Below are positions 13,068 through 23,988 of a DNA stretch of 33,533 nucleotides, piece by piece. Both the position numbers and the translations under genes were made by a program. Within the stretch, counting starts at the first letter, position 1. Each line of letters begins with the position of its first letter. This stretch comes from Intoshia linei (Eukaryota; Animalia; Orthonectida), in the NCBI GenBank assembly GCA_001642005.1, contig LWCA01000298.1, positions 1 through 33,533 on the forward strand, read 5' to 3'. The notes beneath the pieces were generated by a model. That model was not told the DNA's origin. It was given only the letters and a program-made list of their open reading frames with translations, and ran no database searches.

Positions 13068-13899
13068 GTCTAATTTGAAAAATAAATGCAATTAATTATA
13101 AGCTTTTTAAATAAAAATTACTATAATCTTTCCCAAATTAAAGTGATGAATAGGTTCATATTTTGAATAAACAATATTGCATATATTGTGAAGGGACATA
13201 CTTTTGACATGTTCTTCACTCAATATTCTATAATTATAATCATAAATTTATAATTTCGTCAAATTTATTACTCTATGAAATTTGATAAAAATTTTTTGTC
13301 CATGTCAAAATTTAAATTTTTTGAATCAACTTTATTTATTTATAACACATTTGTATTCATTACTCTTTCAAGATTTCCAACTTTCTTACTCGATTGCTAG
13401 GGCACCTAGGCGCGGCTACCATCCAATATTGTAAGTCATATTGATTGAACTGCAACTTAATCATTGGGCACCAAAGCGCGGCTACTTAATCCAACTGGTA
13501 TTTTTAACGACTTTTCATGTCGACAAGTTTAATCACGTTTGGGTAAATTATTGTAACGAATTAGGTTGTCGACAAGTTTACTGACATTTAGGTCCTACAA
13601 CTGAACTCAACTCATATCTATAGCATCAACTGATCTATGCAACTATGTCAGACCATGCTATAAATTTAAATGTCCAAAGCAACCTTCTAAAATCAAAAAT
13701 TGATTTAGATTTATCAGAATTATTCATTTCCAACAACTTCACTGATAGTCAATTCAATTAAACTGATCAATGATCATGATATCTAAGATCATCAAATTGC
13801 GACAATGTAAATATAAATACATTTCCTCAACTACATCTGATTTCATAAAAGCAAATTCTTGTTTCAACTCATCCAAATTAAAATTAACATTTTTATTAG

Positions 13900-14500
13900 T
13901 AAAGACTCAACCCTTGTCAACTCCAAATTTTTCCCGTGTTAACAATTTACACCTTGTTGACAACGTATGTATATTTGGATTATCCAACTCATAATCCTTT
14001 AAAAAATTAGGCAATTTGCGCCCCGCTGAACTCTACCCAATTCCTGTCTATTTTCCACCGTTCTGATATTGTCGCCTCTTACCACATAATACTGATCAAC
14101 TTGCAATGGCTCCACTGTCGACATCTGCTCCTCAGTCATATCAATATTTTCCACAAACTCACGTCTGTCCGTATCCTATTTCAAAGTCTATTTGTTTTTT
14201 CCAACTTACTAGCTCTCGGTTCATTTTTTTCATAATCTGCATACAACTTACTACTCTTAAGAACCGTTTTGTCATAATTTCTCTATGTCTGCTGAACATA
14301 ATTATTTTTCCAACCAACTTTAATTTTACGCGCTATATAATTAGTTCTTTTGCCATCAACTGGCAATCTTAAATTTTTTCCATATACCATCTGTGAAGAA
14401 CTTACACCGGTAGCTTGACTCATTGTATTCCTCATACTCAACAATATTTCAGGATAATTCCATGAAAATTATTTTCTGGTGTTAACAATGTCTGTACAAT
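13900..14500 (-). mobile_element. Decayed Ty3/gypsy pol (integrase C-terminal) remnant
   Basis: The minus strand at ~14465-14345 reads SWNYPEILLSMRNTMSQATGVSSSQMVYGKNLRLPVD, matching the gypsy integrase W..LP.......NT....TG.SP....YG...RLP.D motif. At ~14035-13980 it reads GRVQR/RKLPNFLKDYEL, a typical pol tail. Contains stops and frameshifts. Confidence 0.7.
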
Positions 14501-14509
14501 GCGTAATAT

Positions 14510-14659
14510 CATATGGCCCTACCCATCTATCAGAGAATTTTGGCGTGAAATTTTAAATTTAATACACAAAAAGTTATTATATTTAAGAATATATTTTTTT
14601 AATATTTAATTTAGAAAAATAACCTCGAAGATGGTTTCGGTACGGTATATTCGGCCCTG
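14510..14659. mobile_element. Right end of a MITE related to 9376-9639
   Basis: ggtttcggtacggtatattcggccctg at the right end resembles ggtttcggttatggtagggttgggcactg at 9611-9639. atggccc near 14513 resembles the left subterminal motif of that element. Confidence 0.4.
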
Positions 14660-15038
14660 ATTATATTAACAATTTTTAATGACAAAACTATTTAAAATTG
14701 AAGAAAATTAAAATTAAATAACTAAAACAAATATATTAATTTTTTAAATAATGTAAACGTAGGTTTATTTTGATGAAATTTTAATTGGAGCCTGCGAGTT
14801 CATTAATGAATAATAATAATTTTCTTTTACTAATTAACACTTTAAATGAATATAAGCATCACATTTTTGACTTTATTGATGATCGGTATTATATTTAATC
14901 CTACTCTTCTCAAATTATAATAAAATTTAATTTTACGATTGTGATTTGGATGCCAGATTTTCGTCAAGGATAAAAAGTAATATGCAGAAATAGAAAAAAA
15001 TTTTGAATAAAATTTATTGAAAAATGAATAACAAAGTA

Positions 15039-16808
15039 TCACATGGAAGAATTATATTGGTGAATTACTTCATCGGCTCCAAGAATTTCAATACGTTTTT
15101 CAATTCTGGGTGATAGAGCAGATATAATGGTGGACATTTCATTAGATGAAATATTTTTATATCGACAAATGGATAAATCATGAGAATTTTTACCAATAGT
15201 AACTGGAGAACCAGGCATACTCTGAGAAATAATTTTTCGTTTGCCTTTAGAAATGATACTTTGGTGATGGTAAGGTGTTTTACATTTTTTTGAACTAACT
15301 TTGTGCATAGTTTCAAAATGATTAATAACACTACTAGACAGTAAAGGCGCATCCTCAGAATCGAGCAATACTTGCCCTTGTGACAATACAGTGAAACCAT
15401 CTTTGCCGCTTCTAAGATATTCCTTCATGCAAACCCTATATTTTCTACTTAAATCAAGTGCTTCTCCGTTTGTAAGGTAAACGGAAACCAACCTGTTACC
15501 GGAATCACGACGAGCATCGAAAGTATAGGTGATTCCGGATAATTGTAAAAATCTACCTTCTAAAGCTGGCCACATTCTGCAACTATTTTCTAACGCTTCT
15601 TTGATTTGTTGTCCAGACAGTAACACCACTAATAATGAATCCAACATGGGCAAAAGATTAAATAAATCCCGATATGTAAAATTTCCGGCTTTATGGATTT
15701 GATCAGATCTCAGAGTTCCTGAATTTAAAAAGGCAATATCAGCATCGCATGCATTGAGCATTATATCTGAAATAAAATTCCCAGCAGTAGATTCAAATCG
15801 TCTAATGACACAAAACCGAGCATCAAGGTCTGTTTTGATTACTCCGAGTACCTTGTCCATGCTGTCTCCCATCAATTTAACATATCTCTCTACATGTAAT
15901 TTTATTTCTTCATCTTGTGGTAAATCGGAAGTTATATTCACACGGACAATTTCAATTTTGTGTCCGTTTGTAGTTAAAATGGGTTTAGAATTGTTGTCAG
16001 AGTTATTGGATGCATGACCCTTGTTGTAAAAATGGATAATTGAATAGTTTCTGAAATCGGTTCCACTCTTTATTATTATTCGGTCAGAAATTACCATGTG
16101 TTGAAAAACGTGGTCATGGCCGCCCAATATTAAATCTATTTCCGGGCAAGACCTTGCCAATCTGGTGTCATTTGGCCAACGCATATGAGTCCTAAATTAT
16201 ATTTAAGTATCGTTTAAGAAAAATTGTTGTACGAAAAATATAAAAATAAAAACAAAAACCTACAGAGCGATGACCAAGTCGCATTGGAGTTGGCCTTTGA
16301 GTAGAGTGCACAATTCATTCCCTTTTAAGGTATAATCTATATAAGTAATGTCATCGACGTCTATTGTAGACAATGTGGTTATCCATTCATACTCCACTAG
16401 GCCAATAAGACCGATTTTGCAACCATTTTTTTCAATTATATGGTACGAAGCTCCGTCAGCCAAGTTTTTTTGAGTGTAATTATCGAGAATGTTGCTCATT
16501 AACCACGGAAATTTAAACTGCACAACAATATCATGTAAATGTTCAATACCATAGTCAAACTCGTGGTTACCGTAAACAGCCACATCTACATCGCATGAAT
16601 TCAAAACTCCCACCATGTGCTCACCTCTCGTAACTCTGCTAATCAATGATGGACTAAGAACATCACCAGAGAAAATGATTAGAGGGTTCAAATGTTTTTG
16701 GGATTTCAAGCTTGCTACAAATCTAGAAGCTCCCCCAATCGGTTCTTTTGTGCCGCTTTCAATGTTATACACATCATTGAAGTGAATGATTGAAAAATTC
16801 TCCCACAT
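15039..16808 (-). CDS. 5'-nucleotidase-like metallophosphoesterase (Drosophila CG11883-type; calcineurin-like domain plus 5'-nucleotidase C domain), no signal peptide
   Basis: Track ORFs 16260..16838 and 15039..16184 are joined by intron 16263-16192 (72 nt, phase 2; restores IALTHMRWPND). Metal-binding motifs HFNDVY, FSGD, GNHEFD, THM, GGHDH; C-domain motifs FLNSGTLRSD and EGRFLQLSG. First ATG at 16808. Extra small 3' exons down to ~14766 are possible. Confidence 0.92.
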
Positions 16809-17252
16809 AGTGTTCCAATTAGTTTTGATTTGATCCAATTAATTTCAATTTATATCAATTTTTGTTAAATGTACCAAAATTTTAGGTTAAATAATTAAAA
16901 CAGAGTTAAGAAAATTTTATTATTCGTATGTTGCTATATTTTTCTGGAAAAAATATTTCAAGTAAATATTTACAAAATAGTTGATTAAATTTTATTAATC
17001 ATTTAAAAATGGACATCGAAATGGTTTTAGGGTTCAAAATCGTTTTGAATTGTCTCATTTGATAGCTTTGACTGTCATGATTTGTTTATTTTCCAAGTAG
17101 TCTGATGTAATGACAATTATATTAAAAATTTTATCAATACATCAGTACATAATTTTACAATAAAAATTTCAAGTAGGAACATTTTTGTACAAATATGTAA
17201 ATATATAGGATATACATTTCAAATTTTATATGGTTGATTCGTTTATAACTTT

Positions 17253-19026
17253 CACTATACCATTTCACATCAATATGATAATAATTACAACCTTTTAATA
17301 ACATTTTGCAACACAATGAAATAACCACAAGCAATGTGATAATAGCAATTATGAATGTAATTATTGCTATATTCAAAGTGATAATCAAATTATTAAGGGT
17401 TTCTGGTATATTTTAACCAACAATTAAATTGTAATTAACGGGAAACGTAATATGATTGAATCGCACTACCCATGATATATATTTTTTTACGTTTAAGGTC
17501 TATATTTAAGAAAAATATTCGAATGTTCTGAGTTTAAATTGTTAAAAATATCCGTAGTATGTTATTCGCAGGTTCATTTAACCATAATATAGTTTCGAAA
17601 TAAAAATATAAATTCATTTTGAAAATTATCATATTAACATTTAAAGTAAGAATAGTCACAGTCAATATTTAAATAGCTAAATTATTAATGGAATAACGAT
17701 TGTCAATATGATAACAATTACAATCAATGCAATAATAATTACATCCAAAATGAGAGGAAAAATTTCAACTAAATTCAAAGTGAGAATTTATTATTATATT
17801 ATTATTAATGTTTATTTATAATTAAATGCATATATATGTTAATTAACATATTATATTATTACATTCCAAAAAAATATTCACAAATACGTTTAATTCCGCA
17901 GATAATAGAAAAATAACATTTTAAATATTTTTTTATGAAGAAATTTAAAGGCAATGTATTGAAGTTACGCTTAATTTAAGGCACGTGAAAATTATTAACG
18001 TTATTCAGTGAAACTTCCCTTCATTTTGATAAAATGGATAGGTTCACTAATAATAATAAATGATCAATAATGATTCATCATTAATGAATAATATTATAAT
18101 TTAATTATATTGTTAAAGAAAGAGTATATTCATTTTTTTTTAAAATTGGTCTTGTGGACCACCTAGAATTTCCTATGGACCACTTTTGAAACCAATGATT
18201 ATCATGGATTTTTATTATTATTATTAACATATTATGGAACATAATGAATATCCTCGATATTTTTAGTTCATTATTATTCGATATTAACATAGCTGGACAA
18301 ATTTATATCAAATTTTGAGAATTATCAAAAGTTATAATTATATTGATTTTCTATAAAAATTTATAATAATATCACCCTTAACAGAATTCCACCCTTAATA
18401 TTCCATCAATTAATTAACTTTTTTTAAAACAGGTTCCATAATCAATATCTGATTCTTCAGAAAATCCGAAAAAATTTTTCGATAAACCAATAAAAAGTGA
18501 ATCAGACTTTTCTCCAGTCATAGACACACAAAATAAAACTGTTATCCTCTTCTTTTTTGTTGTACTACCAATATTACGATTTCAGAAGTGGCAAGAGTTT
18601 TGTTAGATCCCCGTTTATAGTATAATCCAGTTTCATCACAATTCCATACATCGTTTGGCTTATTTTCAGGAATTTTTTTTTATTATATTAATCGAAAAAG
18701 AATTTGGAACGTTTTTAAAAAATACACTTACAAAAAAGTTATTTTTAGAAATGACTCAATACTGACGTAGAAAATAGAAATTTTGGCCCATTAATACTTG
18801 TTATAATTTTAATTAGTTGTAACAAAGTTTCTGTTTATATTTACGTAAGATTTTTCGAATAAACCCCCATTATCACATTGCATTTAACAATTATCACATT
18901 GAAAGTAATTGCTATCACATCGCTTGTAATTGTTATCACATTGAAAATCGTTATTCCGTTTTGAGTTTAGCTATTATCATATCGGTTGTAATTATTATCA
19001 TATTGATAGTGAAATGGAATAGAGTG
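17253..19026. mobile_element. ~1.8-kb element with CAC...GTG termini and long imperfect inverted arms made of ~21-bp subrepeats (CMC/Transib-like ends; superfamily unassigned)
   Basis: Left end cactataccatttcacatcaatatgataataattacaacc; reverse complement of the right end is cactctattccatttcactatcaatatgataataattacaacc. Both arms repeat CAATGTGATAA-like cores every 20-21 bp. No clear TSD. Confidence 0.65.
18150..18680 (-). pseudogene. Degraded pogo/Tigger (DDE_1) transposase fragment
   Basis: The minus strand reads PNDVWNCDETGLYYKRGSNKTLA, then after a frameshift KKKRITVLFCVSMTGEK..LFIG. These are the hallmark pogo NxDETGL and KxRITVLxCxNxxGEK motifs. Confidence 0.85.
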
Positions 19027-19304
19027 GTTTATTCATAGATAACTTTTAACCTTTATTCATTTTATTTTTATTGATGTACAGCGTTTATCAATGATTGAAT
19101 TTTCAAAATTTTTTTTTCATTTTACATTTACACCCTCAATTAAAGAAATTGAATCGTTGATAAAAATCGAACAAAGACAGCTATAATGAAAATTAAAAAA
19201 GTAAGCTGTTTAGTTATAAACAGTGATTAACATAATACTATGTAAACCATGAAAATTTACTATAACAAATGAAAAAATGTGACACCTTAAAGTACACTAT
19301 GTAA

Positions 19305-19465
19305 TATAAAGTGACCAGAAAAATACGTACTATCAATTTTAGTTTATTTCGAATTAAATGTAAAGCCAAAACTATTTATCCATGATGAAGAATAAAAATT
19401 TTCGGCTTAAAATTAATTTCAAATAAACTAAAAGTGATAGTTCGTATTTTTCTGGCCACTTTATG
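19305..19465. mobile_element. Tc1/mariner-like foldback MITE (~160 bp, ~65-bp inverted arms)
   Basis: Left arm ataaagtgaccagaaaaatacgtactatcaattttagtttattt; reverse complement of the right arm is ataaagtggccagaaaaatacgaactatcacttttagtttattt. TA follows the right end. Confidence 0.8.
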
Positions 19466-19570
19466 TAAAATAAAAAATTTTCCCAGAATAATTCCCAAAG
19501 TAACATTAAATCTTATTATCAATCAAATTGATCAAATCTAACCTGAAATTTCAATAAAATACCTCAAAAA

Positions 19571-20989
19571 ATGAAAATAAATAAAAGAAAACTCCTTGAA
19601 TATGGATATATAATAATCAGGAATGTATCAATCAAAACAATAAACCGTAGCATGTCAAACTGTTACAAATACCAAGAAATAATTGAAAAAAATATGGAAA
19701 ATGGTGATTTAATTTGGCAAAAAAGATTTGGAACACTATTACCTAACAAAACAACGAATAATTTTAAAATTTTAAAAAAATCCGACAGTTTCGACGAGGA
19801 AAAAGCAAAAAATGTGAGATATTTGAAAACAAACAAAAAAAGTGAATGGTTTGCATTTCGTATAAAAAATTGCATAAAAAAAGGCGACTTTGACTTGGCT
19901 GAAGAGATTTATAATCATATACTAAAAACTGAACCATCAAAAATTCGCGAACATTTATTTATATTAATGATTGACGGTTATTCTAAATCAGGAAATTTAA
20001 TTAAATGTAAATCATTTTTCGACGAAATGAAAAATCGCAATTTTAAACCTACAGTTTATGCTTATTCTTCAATGTTTCATGCATGTTTCAAAAGTAATTA
20101 TAAAAAATTGGCTAGCTCGGTATGTAATGAACTTAAAAATGAAATTAAAGAAAAAAATATAAAACCACACATTGTAGTTTACAATAACATGATGAAAGCG
20201 TTTGCTAGAGTTGGAAATTTCGAAAAATCATTGAGTACCATTAATTTAATTAGAAATAATCAATTACAATTTGATTATAGTTCATATTGTCATTTGTTTT
20301 TGATTGCTTCAATGGACCGGCAATGTGGTTTTAGATTGTTAATAAGAGTTTTGATGATTTTGGTGGCATCTGATGTCAAGTTTACACATTCTATTTTTCA
20401 TTCCATGTTGAAAGCGGTACAGAAAGGGGGAGGTGAAAATGCCAGTTATTTAAAGTATTTAGATTATGATTTACCTATTCGAAGATTAAGTGATGGTAGT
20501 CAAGACTGTGTCAATTTAGATTCAGGTTTAGAAAAGGAAAACAAATCATTAAACTTGCAGAATATTTCTCAGAAATCGGATATACAACAGATATCGTTTA
20601 AGTCCATTCAAAGTGTAGATAATTTCGACGATGTTAATAGTCTAAATATATTAAATGTATCTACTCATCAATTAATTGGAAAAAGTCAGGATATTAGAAA
20701 AACTTTTCACAAAATTTGCATTCATGCTACAGAGCTATTTGATTCTGATATTAATTTCAATATTCCACATAATCGGCTGGCAATATTTGGTGGTTGGAAA
20801 GGAATTTTAAAAGTTGTATCAATGAAACAAATGAATATGAACATTAAAATTCTCACCATGATTTTGAATTGTTTGAATCAAGATGGTAAGGATGAATTTA
20901 TTGATCATGTTCACAAGTATTATCCTAAATTAATTGATGATGATTTCGTCACATTGTCTAAAATTAAAAGAGTTGATGAATCCATTTAA
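19571..20989 (+). CDS. PTCD1: Pentatricopeptide repeat-containing protein 1, mitochondrial
   Basis: Single 472-aa ORF with PPR motifs (FILMIDGYSKSG...FFDEMK; PTVYAYSSMFHAC; PHIVVYNNMMKAFARVG). PTCD1-type segments MDRQCGFR (cf. QDKKTGFR) and PHNRLAIFGGWKGIL (cf. PADRLALIGGLEGFL). Basic N-terminus compatible with a transit peptide. Confidence 0.85.
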   Translation: MKINKRKLLEYGYIIIRNVSIKTINRSMSNCYKYQEIIEKNMENGDLIWQKRFGTLLPNKTTNNFKILKKSDSFDEEKAKNVRYLKTNKKSEWFAFRIKNCIKKGDFDLAEEIYNHILKTEPSKIREHLFILMIDGYSKSGNLIKCKSFFDEMKNRNFKPTVYAYSSMFHACFKSNYKKLASSVCNELKNEIKEKNIKPHIVVYNNMMKAFARVGNFEKSLSTINLIRNNQLQFDYSSYCHLFLIASMDRQCGFRLLIRVLMILVASDVKFTHSIFHSMLKAVQKGGGENASYLKYLDYDLPIRRLSDGSQDCVNLDSGLEKENKSLNLQNISQKSDIQQISFKSIQSVDNFDDVNSLNILNVSTHQLIGKSQDIRKTFHKICIHATELFDSDINFNIPHNRLAIFGGWKGILKVVSMKQMNMNIKILTMILNCLNQDGKDEFIDHVHKYYPKLIDDDFVTLSKIKRVDESI

Positions 20990-21525
20990 TTGTTTATCAA
21001 AAAATTTATTGCTGGAACTACAAAATGTTACAGTTGACACTAATTTTTGTTGTATAAATAAATTGTATATATCCATTTTGAATAATTTCTTTTTGATATT
21101 GTTTCTCAATACCAGTGGTCACTAAAATACATTTCTTCCACTTAAAAAATACTTCTATGGTGCTACAATGTGTAATCTAATCTTATATTCAGTTGAATCA
21201 CCTGACTGGTCGTAATGTATTTCTGCTGAAGGAAGTAAACGTTGCATTAATTTGTAAAGTATTATGAAATATTTTTACATAAAGATAAGCTAAAATGTTA
21301 ATATAAAGGTTTGATACATTAACTGACATTACACAAACTATTACATTACATTAATACATGTAGAGTAATAAAAATAAAATCACTAATACAAATAATTAAA
21401 AAATAATTGTACTGCTTTTAAAATTGATTGTTTATGCATAATTGTACAAAAAAGGCTAAATTAATCGAGATTAGGTTAATTTATAATAAAAAACTTTAAT
21501 ATAAATACATTTTCACTATTACAAA

Positions 21526-22120
21526 ATGGATGAGTTTAATACTTGTAATAATACCCACATTACTTTAATACAGTAGTATACTATATTTTGTCAATTATTG
21601 ATTAACATGTAAAATTAAATTTATAGTGGTAAAAATAATTTTCAACATATTTGACAAAGTCGATGACGTAATTACAATTCAATCAATGTCGGAAATTATG
21701 AATTGGCTTGAGCCAAGTTCAACAGAAGCGGAAATTCAAGGTTAATGAAATAATTACTCAATATTTACTACACGTATTTTATTTTTATAGACATTGTAAA
21801 TTCTTTTGATGAAAATGGTGATGGATTCATTGACTTTGGTGAATTTTCTAATGGAATAAAACCAAACTTTAAAGAAAAGATTAAAGAAAACGAGTTAAGG
21901 GCCTGCTTTGAAATATTCGATCAAAATAAAGATGGAAAACTAGATATTAAGGACATTTTTTATAGTCTTAAACAGCTGAAATATAATATCAACAATACAC
22001 ATACTATTAAAAAAATTTTTAAAAAGTACGACAAGGATCAGAAACATTACTTGACATATGAAGGTACAAATATTTTACATTTCTATTTTTCTAGATTTTA
22101 AAAATGTGTTTTATAATTAA
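21526..22120 (+). CDS. Divergent calmodulin-like four-EF-hand protein (absent from the ORF track)
   Basis: Exons 21526-21544 (tentative), 21627-21740, 21791-22063 and 22095-22120 give ...FNIFDKVDDVIT...STEAEIQDIVNSFDENGDGFIDFGEF...ELRACFEIFDQNKDGKLDIKD...YDKDQKHYLTYEDFKNVFYN*, colinear with calmodulin (PTEAELQDMINEVD; EIREAFRVFD). Confidence 0.88.
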
Positions 22121-22694
22121 ATGTTTCAATTTTATTTTCAGTCTCGTTTGTCGTGGTAAGGGTAGTATTATGGTTGTGAAATATACATTTTACTCGTAAA
22201 ACGGGCTTCATTTTTCGAAAAATATTATTTAATTTATTTGTAGTCAGACCAGGCACGGTCGTAGTTTGGTGACTAAGCGTTGTATATCATTACACATTGT
22301 TTATTAAAATTATCTTTGGGACCTATATTTGATTCCCAAAAACTCCAGCATGGTAGATTCAAATCTGAGTTAGAGCCTCTGACTAAGGAAATGAATTTTA
22401 CAATTACAAATTTAGAAATGTGAAATGATTCTTTCTAAAATCAATTTCGAATATGGGTTTTAAAAAAATGATATTAATAATGGAGAGTCAAGAGTGGGAC
22501 AGGATCTAACACACATTATAACTTACTAGGTTGACTGTTATGTACTACGTACAAACAGCACCTAGTTACGCCGTGGTACATTTTTTATTCTACAAAACAA
22601 ATAAATTCGGATTTTAATTTTCGGATTGTTAATTATTTCACATTTTTTGTTTTAATAAAATAATTTCGAAATAAAAAAAAATGAATATTAAAGT

Positions 22695-23160
22695 GCTTTT
22701 TTCACCGTGAAGACGTCACTTACTCAGTTTGAAATTTTTTGTGTGTGGTAACAGGATACAACTGTACCATCTGCAATTTTTTTTAAATTATAGGGCTGTT
22801 CTCATTTTAAAAAAAAGGGGTAATCTAGGTTTATGATCGTGAAAATCATCATTTTTAACGTTGTCATTTATGATAATGATTATGAATTTAAAAACCATAC
22901 CAGAATTTATGTTGTATAAAATTCTACGACTTTTTTCATTTTAACAATATAGGATTATAATTTGTGGTTTTGACCGTGAAGATATAAGATTTTGAAATTT
23001 AAAATTATCATAAAATTGATGAATTTAAAAGTTTTTATCAGAATGTGTATTTTTTATAATTCTAGAACGGGGATGAATTTAAAAAAAAAAACAAACAATT
23101 TGTATTTTTGTCCATGAAGGACTCAATTTTTGCAAATAAAATTTGCGATAAAACAACACT
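22695..23160. repeat. Old degenerate tandem repeat, ~136-bp period, 3-4 units
   Basis: The anchor c(g/a)tgaa recurs at 22706, 22838, 22975 and 23113 (spacing 132/137/138). Units 2 and 3 also share atgaatttaaaa, cagaat and aattcta at matching offsets. Confidence 0.6.
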
Positions 23161-23301
23161 CTCGAAAAGCTGCAATAGAAATAAAGAATTTTTACTACTT
23201 GAATCTTCTTACTTTCTTAAATATACTGTAACAAACTAACAATTAAAGACACACATTATTAAATTACACTCATTCTGTAATAAATTAAAAAAAATGATCA
23301 C

Positions 23302-23508
23302 AAAATTCTTTATACAAATAAAGTATTAACAAAATAAAATTAAGTAGGAATAATTCACTTTAAATTAAAATTTTATATAAGACGACGGGTCTAAGGGAAA
23401 CAAGTTTGGGAACCACTCTTTTAAATGATTGATAATAGTTAATAAATGCATTTTTAAGTTAGATTTTATTATTGCATTAATTTTTTGTAAAATTAAAAAA
23501 GCCGCCCT
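23302..23508 (+). repeat. Dispersed direct repeat, copy A (contains a hAT right end)
   Basis: Aligns with 27065-27266: ggaataatt.actttaaattaaaa ... aaacaagtttg.ga.ccactcttttaaa.gattgataatagt ... gcatttttaagttagatttt ... gccct. Confidence 0.85.
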
Positions 23509-23564
23509 TAACACATTGTATAAAATGTGTATAAAATAAAATAATCAAATGTAGTACAAATGTA

Positions 23565-23835
23565 TAAAAAAAATCTTAAAAACCCCCTTAAAATTTGGTT
23601 TACAAAAATTTCTAAAAAAACCCTTTTTGATACTTGGTTCAAAAAAAATTTTATAAAAACCCCCCTTGATAGTTTGGTTCAAAAAAAATTTCTTTTTTTT
23701 TATTTTTTTCATTTTTTCATCATTTTTTTTTAAAAAGAAAAAGGGGTTTAAAAAAAATCTTAAAAACCCCCTTAAAATTTGGTTTACAAAAATTTCGTAA
23801 AAACCTTTCTTGAAAGTTTGGTTCAAAAAAAATTA
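23565..23835. repeat. Homopolymer-rich degenerate minisatellite (~35-40-bp unit)
   Basis: The unit A(n)ttt..aaaaacccc.tt.a.a.ttggtt recurs at least five times. 23566-23612 is nearly duplicated at 23751-23796. Confidence 0.75.
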
Positions 23836-23988
23836 CTAAAATCCAAAATTAAACTAAAATATAAATGAAAGTTTTACACATTTTACGACTTGGCCATAGA
23901 ATGTGTACATTTCACAGTTTTACACATTCTATACGACATATACATTTGTTGTATATTGTTAAATCCATTAATATTTTCTATATATTTC

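Noticed and set aside
13770-14372. Plus-strand ORFs 13770..13994 and 14106..14372
   Set aside because: Antisense to the gypsy pol remnant; no independent coding signal.
17155-17388. Hydrophobic 77-aa ORF resembling a membrane peptide
   Set aside because: Produced by translating the 21-bp subrepeats (7-residue Ile/Thr periodicity).
18868-19026. Regular 21-bp repeats as a CRISPR array
   Set aside because: The units are contiguous degenerate tandem copies with no unique spacers, there are no cas genes, and the context is eukaryotic.
22250-22400. Possible tRNA or tRNA-derived SINE (gcacggtcgtagtttggtgactaagcg…)
   Set aside because: Only a weak A-box-like start; I could not build a B box or cloverleaf. 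tRNAscan-SE or a Dfam search would be needed.
23545-23826. 93-aa F/K-rich ORF
   Set aside because: Translation of a homopolymer-rich minisatellite, possibly low-quality sequence.
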